DNA from: a virus
Lineage: Duplodnaviria > Caudoviricetes
DNA: 35,379 nucleotides
Virus record (IMG/VR): IMGVR_UViG_3300037424_002430
Location: 1-35,379 of that record
Strand: one strand, 5' to 3'
A model generated the notes under the pieces. That model was given only the letters and a program-made list of their open reading frames with translations. It searched no databases and had not been told where the DNA came from. This document shows positions 16,732-24,541 of the stretch, one piece after another. The translations under genes and the position numbers were made by a program. Each line of letters starts with the position of its first letter. The first letter of the stretch is position 1.

Positions 16732-17186
16732 TCAGCTTTCGGCGCGTCGCCCTCGTCACCCAGGTCGAGGATCGGATCGTACTCGATCGCGGCGCGCGGA
16801 ATTCTCAGGTGTCCGAGGCTCGTCAGGTCGGGCCCTGACGATGCCACGCGGGCGCCATGCGCGGCGACCAGCGCCCGGTACGTCTCCGGCGTGAGCACGC
16901 CGTCGCAGACGGGGCAGCTCACCATCTCGCGCCCGGCGGCGTCGGCGAGCATCCCGCCGCGGCAGTGCGTGCCCGGGCACGCGCGCTCCGGAGCTGGCGG
17001 ATCGGCCGCGTCCCGCTCACTGACCTCGCCCGTCTCGGCCGAGATCTTGTCGAGCGCCGACAGCACGCGCCGCGGGTTACAACTCTCCGGCATTGGCCGC
17101 CCCGAGATGAAGGTCGGCCGCATCACCCGCTCGCCGCCGAGCCGAACCTCCTCGAGCATCGTGATCCTACCATCGCTGGCCATCAT
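16728..17186 (-). CDS. Hypothetical protein with Zn-ribbon (CPxxHC...CPVC)
   Basis: GGAGGA RBS; 152 aa. Confidence 0.7.
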   Translation of the reverse strand: MMASDGRITMLEEVRLGGERVMRPTFISGRPMPESCNPRRVLSALDKISAETGEVSERDAADPPAPERACPGTHCRGGMLADAAGREMVSCPVCDGVLTPETYRALVAAHGARVASSGPDLTSLGHLRIPRAAIEYDPILDLGDEGDAPKAE

Positions 17187-17207
17187 GACCGTGTCCTCCT
17201 GCCCGGC

Positions 17208-17783
17208 TCAGGCCGGGATCCGTTCGCCTTTCGCCCCTTCGTCGCGCGCGAGCTGCCGCGCGATCCGGAGCGTGTCCGAGTCGAGCGCCGCCACCACGGC
17301 CGCGATCGCGTCCGCCGCGTGCTCGACGACCCCCGCCGGCGTCGGCCACTGCACGCCGGGGTAGCGCCGCTCCATCGCCGCGATCACGTCCTCCTTCGAG
17401 CCGTCCCGGCGTCCGCACGCGGCGTACTTCACGTCCTGGACGGTCACCTGGACGAGCGGGAGCCCAAGCAGCTTCGCGGTCGCCACCATGGCGCCGAACG
17501 CGAGCCCGAGCGCGCGCGCCGACTTCGCGTGCTGGGATCCCGCCGGCGACTCAATCACAAGCGCGACCGGTCGGTGCCGGTCGATGGCGTCGTGTAGGCC
17601 GCCCACCAGCTCGGCGACGCGGCGGGCGTCATCCTCAGCGACAAGGAGCTTGCGCTTCTTCGCCGAAGGCTCCGTGCGGATGACCTGGAGCTCGACGACG
17701 TGGTCCTCCCGAAAATCGAGGCGTAGGTCTATCGCGGCAATACCAAGATTGCAGAGGCTCGGGTCCAGGCCGAGCACGATCAT
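17208..17783 (-). CDS. ruvC: Holliday junction resolvase, RuvC-like
   Basis: 'IVLGLDPS...G', 'LVIESP', 'VKYAACG...SKEDV', 'HAADA' catalytic motifs. Confidence 0.92.
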   Translation of the reverse strand: MIVLGLDPSLCNLGIAAIDLRLDFREDHVVELQVIRTEPSAKKRKLLVAEDDARRVAELVGGLHDAIDRHRPVALVIESPAGSQHAKSARALGLAFGAMVATAKLLGLPLVQVTVQDVKYAACGRRDGSKEDVIAAMERRYPGVQWPTPAGVVEHAADAIAAVVAALDSDTLRIARQLARDEGAKGERIPA

Positions 17784-17989
17784 GGTGACACCTCCGGTGG
17801 CGGCTGCTGCCCCTCGGGGACGCGGTACTTCCGCACGAGGTCAGCCACCGCCTCGCGCAGGTAGTCGGACTGCCGGATGCCGGTGCGGCTCGCGAGCTCG
17901 CGCAGCTCCGCGGCGATTGCAGGCGGAAGCCGCACCAGCATCGGCACTAGCGTCTCGTAGCTACTAGGACCGAAACCTGAGCAGGTCAT
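17780..17989 (-). CDS. Ribbon-helix-helix DNA-binding protein (CdbA/CdbB-like)
   Basis: 'VRLPPAIAAELRELASRTGIRQSDYLREAVADLVRKY'. Confidence 0.8.
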   Translation of the reverse strand: MTCSGFGPSSYETLVPMLVRLPPAIAAELRELASRTGIRQSDYLREAVADLVRKYRVPEGQQPPPEVSP

Positions 17990-18159
17990 GGGAGCCTCCG
18001 GGCTCGGCGAAGCCGGTTAGCGTCGAGCGAGACGAGCGTCTGTGTCTTCCCCTGGATCTCGCCGGCGAGGCGTCTACGCCGGGCCCGGGCGCGCGCGAGT
18101 GGGACGAGCGCGGTGAGCACGCCGACCGCGACGATGAGAGTGAGGACCACCCCTGTCAC
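17986..18159 (-). CDS. Small membrane-anchored protein (57 aa)
   Basis: MTGVVLTLIVAVGVLTALVPLARARARRRR...; GGAGG RBS; ATGA overlap downstream; below ORF-track cutoff. Confidence 0.6.
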   Translation of the reverse strand: MTGVVLTLIVAVGVLTALVPLARARARRRRLAGEIQGKTQTLVSLDANRLRRARRLP

Positions 18160-18161
18160 GT

Positions 18162-19631
18162 TCAGTCGACCTCCTCGAACCGCGAGTACTTCCGGTCCGC
18201 GTAGAGGCGCACCGTCCCTTTTGGACCCAGGCGCTGCGCGGCGACGATGAACGAGAAGGGCCCGTGCTCCCGTTTCTCGGGGTTGATCGCTAAGTCGTAC
18301 GGGTGGTGGAGGAAGCAGACCGCGTTCGCATCCTGTTCGAGCGCGCCCGACTCGCGGAGGTCGTGGAGCTGCGGCGGAGGCGTGGGCTCGTCTTCGGGCG
18401 GCGTCTCCGGCTCTTCGGGCTCAGGCGGGGGCGCCGGAACGCCCGGCAGTCGCATCGGGTCCTGCTTCGCTTTCGCTTTCGCCTTCCGTCGTGGCGGCCG
18501 CCACGGCCGCTCGCCGCGCTTCGCCGCGTCGCGGTTGAGTTGTGCGAGGGCGAGCACGGGAACGCCGGTGCGCTGGGCGAACGACTTCAGCGACCTGGAG
18601 ATCGTGGCGACGACCTGCTCGCGCGTCGCGTTCCGCCCAAGGTCGAGCTGCACGAGCTGCAGATAATCGACGACGACCAGCGCGAGCCCGCACTTGCGGT
18701 GTACCTTCTCCGAGATCCGTAGGATGGCGCCGAGGCTGTGGTGGTAGTGGTTCGCGTGTAGGTAGCCGCTCATGCCGTCCGGCGTTCGGCGCTCGATCGC
18801 CTTCGAGATCGCGGCCCAGGTATCCGATGAGAACTTCGTCGACTCGTCGTCGTCGAAGAACGCCGTCGAATCGATCGAGAGATCGCGGGAGATGTCGAGC
18901 GCCACCACCTCGGGCACGCTCATCTCGAGTGAATGGAATAGGACGTGCTGGCGCCGGAGGGCGATTGCGTCCGCGACCTGCCGCGCCCAGGTCGTTTTCC
19001 CAATCTTCGACCGCGCACCGAGGACGATCAGGTTCCCAGGCCTGATGCGCAGAACACGATCGATCCGTGAGTAGCCCGTCTTGAGCCTGCGCGCAGCTCC
19101 GGCCTTCACCTGCTCGACGGCATCGAGCGTGTCGCGCGCGGCCTCCTGGTACGAGAGCACCTCCGGCTGCTCGGGCCGGTCGAGATCGAGCAGATTCGCG
19201 GTGACGCCGGCGATGATGTCCTCCGTCGCCGCGCCGTGGTCGAGAGCCTCGACGGCTCCGATCAGCATCGCGCGGGTCTTCGTCCGGCGGTGCCGATCGA
19301 GTAGCGCCTGCGCAGAGTCGCGGATCACGCCCGGGCCGTTCGTCAGGACGTTGTCGGCTTGGTACTCGGCCGTCTGTAGCGTCGCACCCGCCTCGTCGGT
19401 GAGGCCGGCCTCAGCAATGACGAGCGCGTGGTCGACGCGCCCGCTTGGGAGCCGCTTCGCGCGAGCTAGCCGCTCGAGCCCCTCGAGCGCCTGGCGGAGC
19501 TGCCCGTGGTGGATCACGTCTGCGCGGAATCCCGCGGGTAGCTCGTGCAGCGCGTCGCCGCGGTGGAGGATCGCTCCAACGACGCGCATCTCGAGCTCGA
19601 GCGCCGTGACCTCGGTTCCCGCGGATCTCAC
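18162..19631 (-). CDS. dnaB: Replicative DNA helicase, DnaB-like
   Basis: 'LIVLGARSKIGKTT', 'FHSLEMS', 'VVVDYLQL', 'LAQLNR', 'DLRESGALEQDA'. Confidence 0.95.
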   Translation of the reverse strand: MRSAGTEVTALELEMRVVGAILHRGDALHELPAGFRADVIHHGQLRQALEGLERLARAKRLPSGRVDHALVIAEAGLTDEAGATLQTAEYQADNVLTNGPGVIRDSAQALLDRHRRTKTRAMLIGAVEALDHGAATEDIIAGVTANLLDLDRPEQPEVLSYQEAARDTLDAVEQVKAGAARRLKTGYSRIDRVLRIRPGNLIVLGARSKIGKTTWARQVADAIALRRQHVLFHSLEMSVPEVVALDISRDLSIDSTAFFDDDESTKFSSDTWAAISKAIERRTPDGMSGYLHANHYHHSLGAILRISEKVHRKCGLALVVVDYLQLVQLDLGRNATREQVVATISRSLKSFAQRTGVPVLALAQLNRDAAKRGERPWRPPRRKAKAKAKQDPMRLPGVPAPPPEPEEPETPPEDEPTPPPQLHDLRESGALEQDANAVCFLHHPYDLAINPEKREHGPFSFIVAAQRLGPKGTVRLYADRKYSRFEEVD

Positions 19632-20656
19632 CCCTTCACCCCTTGTGCTGCGCGCTCCGTGGCTTCTTCCTCAGGTGTCTTCGGTGGGACGTACACTGGG
19701 CGTTTCAGTCCCGTCGCCTCCTCCCATGTTTTACCGTCGGTGCGCACGAGGTACTCGCCGTAGTCGCGCCAGGCGGCGGGGTCGTTGAAGTCGGGATCCG
19801 TCGGCTTCGGGTTCTCGCCGGGTGCGCGGTCGATCGGCGTCTCTTGCTCGCCAAGGAAGTCGAGGAACCAGTCGAGGTACTTCGGGACGGTGCCGACCTC
19901 GCGAGCGTGCTCGGCGCAGAGCTCGACGGCGTACTCGAGGCCGAGGCGCTCCACGTGCCGGCGGATCGCCTCGGCACGCTCGCCCTTCGCCACACGGAGT
20001 GGGTTGGAGCTCAGGATCGCGAGCTTGTCGGCGAGCCCCTGCCGGAAGGCAGGCAGCAGGTCGGCACCGCCGCCCCCCTCGGATCCGTTCGCGTGCTCAA
20101 GTGCTGCTGCAGGCTCGGCTCGGCTCGGCTCGGCTCGGCTCGGCTCGGCTCGGCTCGGCTCGGCTCGGCTCGGATCCGTCACCGCGTCACATCCGTCACG
20201 CGCGTGACGTTTGTGACGGCCGCGCGTCACGGCGTCACTCGCGTCACAGGGTGTCTTCTCCTGTGTATCGCCTGAGGATTTGGCCTTCTGACGGTCCCGC
20301 CATCGGGCCGTTCGCTCCGCTCCCGTCATCCCGATGTCCTGGGCCTCGCGGTAGTTCGGAATAAGCAGCTGGCGGCGTGACGTTCGGCCGTCACATTCGT
20401 CACGCACGCACCCGTCGGCGAGGAGGAGGCCGAGCAGTTGCTCGACCTCGGGAACATCTTCGGGCCTGCCGCCGAGGAGCACGACGACGGCCTGCGCGGG
20501 TGGCAGCTTGCCGCACTCGATGGTGCCGTCGAGGTCGCACTTGCGCAGCATCTCGTCGAAGAGTCCGCGCGCCCGCCAAGGAACCAGCAACCACTCCGGC
20601 GTGTCGCGCCGATAGAGCTTCACGTACCGCTCGATTTCCCATCGCACCGTCACCAC
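19628..20656 (-). CDS. Replication initiator protein (lambda O-like position)
   Basis: Upstream of and coupled to dnaB; 'IPNYREAQ...AERTARWRDRQK' followed by an internal repeat region. Confidence 0.8.
   Translation of the reverse strand: MVTVRWEIERYVKLYRRDTPEWLLVPWRARGLFDEMLRKCDLDGTIECGKLPPAQAVVVLLGGRPEDVPEVEQLLGLLLADGCVRDECDGRTSRRQLLIPNYREAQDIGMTGAERTARWRDRQKAKSSGDTQEKTPCDASDAVTRGRHKRHARDGCDAVTDPSRAEPSRAEPSRAEPSRAEPAAALEHANGSEGGGGADLLPAFRQGLADKLAILSSNPLRVAKGERAEAIRRHVERLGLEYAVELCAEHAREVGTVPKYLDWFLDFLGEQETPIDRAPGENPKPTDPDFNDPAAWRDYGEYLVRTDGKTWEEATGLKRPVYVPPKTPEEEATERAAQGVKG
20112..20173 (+). repeat. Perfect pentanucleotide tandem repeat (GGCTC)x12
   Basis: Directly read; encodes (PSRAE)x4 in the rep frame. 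Confidence 0.97.
20177..20247. repeat. Cluster of eight CGTCAC/GTGACG hexamers, putative origin iterons
   Basis: CGTCAC at 20177, 20185, 20194, 20225, 20233, 20242; GTGACG at 20204, 20213; inside the rep gene as in lambdoid origins. Confidence 0.7.
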
Positions 20657-20660
20657 CCCC

Positions 20661-20847
20661 TCACGGCGAAGGCCGCCGCCGCTTGGGCGCGCCGTGCTCC
20701 GGGCACGCGGCCCCGGCCGCGAGCAGTCGCGGACATCGCCAGCAGGCGCGCCCTTGTTCGCGCAACTTCACCAACCGTTCCACGGCGCGGGTGAGAGCGT
20801 GGCCGCGCAGACGCAGGAATTGCGACGGGGGGGGGGATGGCGCTCAT
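20661..20847 (-). pseudogene. Small Zn-finger gene frameshifted in a C10 tract (20836-20827)
   Basis: With C9 the frame reads MSAIPPPSQFLRLRGHALTRAVERLVKLREQGRACWRCPRLLAAGAACPEHGAPKRRRPSP* with typical codon bias; the C10 frame has atypical A/T-ending codons. Confidence 0.6.
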
Positions 20848-21215
20848 CGCGAGACCCGCTCCCGCGTGACCCCGGCGAGCGCCTCAGCCTCGGCGCGCGC
20901 GAGCAGCTCGAGCTCCGCCCTCGCGAGCTCGCGCTGGGCCCGCCGCAAGAGCAGCGCCGCCGGCTCGAAGCGGCCCCGCCTGGCTTTCGAGACCGCGACC
21001 ACGACGTCGGCGACGGCGCAGTCGACCACGTACGTCAGGCGCGAGATGTTCGCGGCCGGCGGGGCGGCGGCGGATCCGCTCCCGGCCTCATCCGCACGAC
21101 CACTCCCGGTGCTTCCGCGGCCGGCGCTGCTCCGTGGTCCCCGTGCAGCGCCAGCCGCCGAACCCGCGTCCGGGCTCTGGCTAGGGGACCTTTTGGGGAA
21201 CTTCGAGCGTTTCAT
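20844..21215 (-). CDS. Hypothetical protein (123 aa)
   Basis: TAATG overlap with upstream stop; helical C-terminal half. Confidence 0.55.
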   Translation of the reverse strand: MKRSKFPKRSPSQSPDAGSAAGAARGPRSSAGRGSTGSGRADEAGSGSAAAPPAANISRLTYVVDCAVADVVVAVSKARRGRFEPAALLLRRAQRELARAELELLARAEAEALAGVTRERVSR

Positions 21216-21682
21216 TAGGTCGACCCTTCCCACCCAGGCAGATTGCGGTACTCGATCCGCTGCCCAAGGAAGAGCGCCTGCTCGCGGCCGGCCCGCATAC
21301 CGTCCGTGAAGCCAAGGTCCACATAGAAGGCGCGAACCGGAGCGCACGTGCCCCAGGCGAAGCCCGCCTCGAGACCCCTTGCGCGCTCCTCCGACCTCGC
21401 GTCTCGCAGGACCCGCGGATACAGCCCATGGCTCGCGAAAGGGAACTCGCCGCGCGCGAAGGAGTCGAGCATGCACGCGTCGAGGTAGCGTTCATTCCTG
21501 GCGAGGGTCTCCGCATCCACACGCGAACCGTCGGGGTTCGTCCCGTAGGGCGACTCGATCACCACGAGACGCCGTAGACCCAACGCGGAGACTGGCGTCT
21601 CGGCGGGCGCAGGCGCAGCGCTGCTCCGCGGGAGTGCGTGCTTGGGATGGGTGAGGACCTGCGCGTTCCGATCGTTCGCCAT
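21215..21682 (-). CDS. DUF4406/DUF7768-like protein (nucleoside deoxyribosyltransferase-like fold)
   Basis: 'LVVIESPY...N..Y...C..D...RGEFPFASH.LY...L.D...ER..G..AG..W...FYVDLG.T.GM..G...A...G..IEYR'. Confidence 0.75.
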   Translation of the reverse strand: MANDRNAQVLTHPKHALPRSSAAPAPAETPVSALGLRRLVVIESPYGTNPDGSRVDAETLARNERYLDACMLDSFARGEFPFASHGLYPRVLRDARSEERARGLEAGFAWGTCAPVRAFYVDLGFTDGMRAGREQALFLGQRIEYRNLPGWEGST

Positions 21683-22056
21683 CACCGCCCCTCCATCGCC
21701 ACCACCGGGCCGGAAGGCCCGGCCACGGTCTCGAACCGTGCGGCCTTCGGGTTCCGGTTGAGGAGCGCTGGGCGCCACGCGGCCGCCGGCGGCGGCACCG
21801 GATGGACGCTGAGATCGGGCAGCGATTCGCACCTGCAAATCGACGCGCCGCCCACGAGACACGCCGTCCCGCGCTGGCGCTCTATGAGCTGGGCGAGCCG
21901 CAGCTCCAGCCGGTCGAGCTCGTCGAGAACCGCGGCGACCTCCGCCCGAAGGGGGACGGACGGAGGCGCCGCACCGGATGCCCGAGAGCACCCGGAAGCG
22001 AAGAGGATCAGCACGCCAGCGAGCGCGGCAAGCAAGAGCACGGGGGCGCGCGTCAT
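21682..22056 (-). CDS. Putative lipoprotein
   Basis: MTRAPVLLLAALAGVLILFASG-C signal peptide with lipobox; ATGA overlap. Confidence 0.65.
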   Translation of the reverse strand: MTRAPVLLLAALAGVLILFASGCSRASGAAPPSVPLRAEVAAVLDELDRLELRLAQLIERQRGTACLVGGASICRCESLPDLSVHPVPPPAAAWRPALLNRNPKAARFETVAGPSGPVVAMEGR

Positions 22057-22244
22057 GGCGTTGGCCCCGCGAACCATCTGTCCCGCGTCTTCTCCCGCTC
22101 CGGCATCGCCCCGTACTTACGGAGCAGATCCGCGACCGCCTCGCGGTAGTGGTAGGCGACCGGGAGTCGAGTCCGCCGCGAGAGCGCGCGCATCGCTTCC
22201 GCGAGTTCCGGAGCCAGGACGCGGACGAGCTCGGAGCGGGTCAT
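22053..22244 (-). CDS. Second RHH DNA-binding protein (paralog of 17780-17989)
   Basis: 'AMRALSRRTRLPVAYHYREAVADLLRKY'; ATGA overlaps at both ends. Confidence 0.75.
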   Translation of the reverse strand: MTRSELVRVLAPELAEAMRALSRRTRLPVAYHYREAVADLLRKYGAMPEREKTRDRWFAGPTP

Positions 22245-22501
22245 CCGAAGAATCTCCCGATCAGCGCCAGGAGTAGGATGGCTGCCACCACCACGGCGAC
22301 CACGTCGGCCGCCGCGTCCAGCCGTGGATGTCGGTCGCCCCAAGAAGGCGCCAGTGGAGCGCAGACGTGGTCCGAGACGTAGATGCACCCACGGGACAGA
22401 TCCCGAAGGGCCATCACCTGCACGCCACAGTCTCGGCAGGCGAGACGCGGGGCAGCGGGCAAATAGCGATCGTGCGGCACGACGCGCAGCCGGGGGGTCA
22501 C
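22241..22501 (-). CDS. Small protein with CxxC and C-terminal transmembrane helix
   Basis: GTGA overlap; 'ACRDC...HVC...VVAVVVAAILLLALIGRFFG'. Confidence 0.6.
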   Translation of the reverse strand: MTPRLRVVPHDRYLPAAPRLACRDCGVQVMALRDLSRGCIYVSDHVCAPLAPSWGDRHPRLDAAADVVAVVVAAILLLALIGRFFG

Positions 22502-22998
22502 GGTATGGCTCCCGCGAGGTCGAGCTGCGGTGACGGCACCGCATCGAGCGCCGCCGCCGCTTCGACGAGATGGCGCTGTGCGTGGCGGATCTTCGTCCTG
22601 CCTTCCGCCCGCTCGTCCTCGGAGTAGCCACCGGGCGCGGCGTCGAGTTGCCACCGTTTCGTATCAGCCGTGGCGAGTAGGGCGTCATCGACTTCTTTCG
22701 CGACGGCCTCCACCTCGTTCGAGTCGGGCGCGAGCGCCACAACAACGCCGGCGTCGCCGAGCCCGAGCACGTCTGAGAGGAAGTCGAGCGCGGCCACGGG
22801 ATCCGCCCGAATCGCGCCCGGCAGGATCGCGCGGAGCTTCGCCGCCGTCGGCTGTCGCTCACCCTTCTGCCACTTCTCGATCGCGACGACGGAGACCTCG
22901 TCGGTGGCGAGCACCTTCGCGGAGAGGGCCGCGCGGACGGTATGCCGCCGCACGGCCTCCGTCACCGCCACCTCGTTCCCCGTGGGCTCCCGGATCAT
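22498..22998 (-). CDS. CII-like transcriptional regulator
   Basis: GGAGG RBS; HTH-like 'VSVVAIEKWQKGERQP' and helical C-term 'GYSEDERAEG'; immediately downstream of cro-like gene. Confidence 0.6.
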   Translation of the reverse strand: MIREPTGNEVAVTEAVRRHTVRAALSAKVLATDEVSVVAIEKWQKGERQPTAAKLRAILPGAIRADPVAALDFLSDVLGLGDAGVVVALAPDSNEVEAVAKEVDDALLATADTKRWQLDAAPGGYSEDERAEGRTKIRHAQRHLVEAAAALDAVPSPQLDLAGAIP

Positions 22999-23048
22999 GT
23001 GCCCCTCCATGAACGGCCGCTCAGGACGAACGAAGGCGAGCGTTCGGC

Positions 23049-23378
23049 CTACTGTCGGTGAACGCTGCGTGTGACGGTACGGGCGTGAACCTCCCGCGAG
23101 ACCTTTCGTCGGCGCAGATTGCGAGAGGCCCCCGCCCGCTCCACGGCCGGGCGTCCCGTGGCGCGCTTGAACGAGACACCATCGACCAGTTCTGCCTGAG
23201 AGATTCCGGCGGCTGCCGCGATGCGCGGGAGTACGGCCCAACCCGGGATCTGCTTGCCCGTCTCGTAGTGGCAGATATGCTCTTTGCGGATCGGTGGCTT
23301 GCAGCGCGCGCCGAAGTCTGCCTGCGACAGGCCCAGCTTCTCCCTGAGCGCCCTGATCCGTTCTCCGATGGTCACCAT
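23049..23378 (-). CDS. cro: Cro-like XRE HTH regulator
   Basis: 'IGERIRALREKLGLSQADFG...ICHYETGKQIP...IAAAAG'; divergent from second HTH; first gene of the lytic arm. Confidence 0.75.
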   Translation of the reverse strand: MVTIGERIRALREKLGLSQADFGARCKPPIRKEHICHYETGKQIPGWAVLPRIAAAAGISQAELVDGVSFKRATGRPAVERAGASRNLRRRKVSREVHARTVTRSVHRQ

Positions 23379-23383
23379 GCAGG

Positions 23384-23419
23384 TGCAGAGTCTAGCACCC
23401 ACAGACGCCGGTTCAAGCA
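23384..23419 (-). promoter_or_regulatory. PR-like promoter/operator (TTGAAC-N16-TAGACT, extended -10 TG)
   Basis: -35 at 23416-23411, -10 at 23394-23389; 29/36 identical to the element at 24084-24119. Confidence 0.75.
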
Positions 23420-23449
23420 TCGGCTTTCAGGCCCCGCCTAGCCGAGGAC

Positions 23450-23995
23450 ATGATACGGAAGTCCCCCGTGCCCCCTCGCACGCCCTTCTGGCCGAAGGAA
23501 ATCCTGAAACAGATCCGGCAACTCCGGGAGGATCGGGGACTGTCTCAGGATGCCTGCGCGACTCCCCTCGGGTTGTCGGACAAGACCCAATACGGCAAGC
23601 GAGAGAGCGGGGCCGTGGACTTCAGTTGGGAAGAGATCCAGCGCCTGCGTACCATCCTCTCTGCTCCGGAGCCTTGGCCGCTCGTCTCCTTTGCGGACGC
23701 GTACGAACTCGAGCGAATCAACCAGCGCCGACGAACGCTAGAGCAGCCACAGGTCGTCGCTGAGGAATCGCCTCCGCAGCGGCTCATCGAGTGGCTCGTG
23801 CGTCGCAAGGCGAGGATTCCGAGCCAGCTCGAGGAATGCGCGATGGCGGAGATGACGAAGCTCCTGCGGTTCAGCCACGATGCCGCCTGGACCGACGACG
23901 AACTGGACGACGCGAGCATGATCGCCCTTCGGCGGTGCCTCGCGATGTCGGCGCCGATGCCACCGCCGCCCGCGCCGCGCAAGCGGCGGAATTAG
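23450..23995 (+). CDS. cI: CI-like repressor (XRE HTH, no recognisable S24 peptidase domain)
   Basis: 'IRQLREDRGLSQDACATPLGLSDKTQYGKRESG'; lies between two outward-facing near-identical promoters. Confidence 0.7.
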   Translation: MIRKSPVPPRTPFWPKEILKQIRQLREDRGLSQDACATPLGLSDKTQYGKRESGAVDFSWEEIQRLRTILSAPEPWPLVSFADAYELERINQRRRTLEQPQVVAEESPPQRLIEWLVRRKARIPSQLEECAMAEMTKLLRFSHDAAWTDDELDDASMIALRRCLAMSAPMPPPPAPRKRRN

Positions 23996-24083
23996 GCGCT
24001 ACCCCGGCGACCTGGAATCCGCCGTAAGTACGGATGCCTAGTACAGCCCATCCGGGCTGGGCCTCTCCGTCATGCTCGAATGG

Positions 24084-24119
24084 TGCTTGACTCGGCATCT
24101 TGTGGTGCTAGCCTCTGCA
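24084..24119 (+). promoter_or_regulatory. PL-like promoter/operator (TTGACT-N16-TAGCCT, extended -10 TG)
   Basis: -35 at 24087-24092, -10 at 24109-24114; near-duplicate of the PR element. Confidence 0.75.
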
Positions 24120-24139
24120 TCCCGGCTACGGGGGTCGCG

Positions 24140-24541
24140 ATGGCAAGCACGAGCACGAAGAGCAGCGAGGCGACGCCGACAGTGTTCACGCCGGAGGCGA
24201 TGCGGCGGTACGCGGCGGACTGCGACCAGCTGCCGGCCGTGCCGATGGAGACGCTCCGGACGTCGCCCAGCTTCCGGGACCGGCTCGAATACGCCACGCT
24301 TCTCGCGCCGCCGTGCGGCTGCCGCATCGAGGGCTCGGGCGTGCTCCCGGACCCGGTTCGGATCGTCTTCTGCGCGGGCCATGCTGCCGGGCCCGACATG
24401 GCGGAGGCGCTCGCCCCTTTCGCTCAGCAGCCGGTCGGAGGCGCCTGCTGCGACGGGCTCACGGCGCCCGAGAACTGCGCTCGCTGCGGCCCGATTCTCC
24501 GCGCGCGGGCCGCGCTCGCGAAGGTGGAGGGGCGGTCGTGA
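24140..24541 (+). CDS. Cys-rich hypothetical protein, first gene of PL-like operon
   Basis: ATG after GGGGG; 'CGC...FCAGHAAGPDMAEAL...CC...CARC...ARAALAKVEG'. Confidence 0.65.
   Translation: MASTSTKSSEATPTVFTPEAMRRYAADCDQLPAVPMETLRTSPSFRDRLEYATLLAPPCGCRIEGSGVLPDPVRIVFCAGHAAGPDMAEALAPFAQQPVGGACCDGLTAPENCARCGPILRARAALAKVEGRS

Noticed and set aside
20112-20247. Repeats as a CRISPR array
   Set aside because: 5-6 bp units without unique spacers, inside a coding gene; no cas genes
23384-24119. Inverted repeats as ends of an invertible segment or IS
   Set aside because: Seven mismatches, clear -35/-10 content, no recombinase or transposase; better explained as PR/PL
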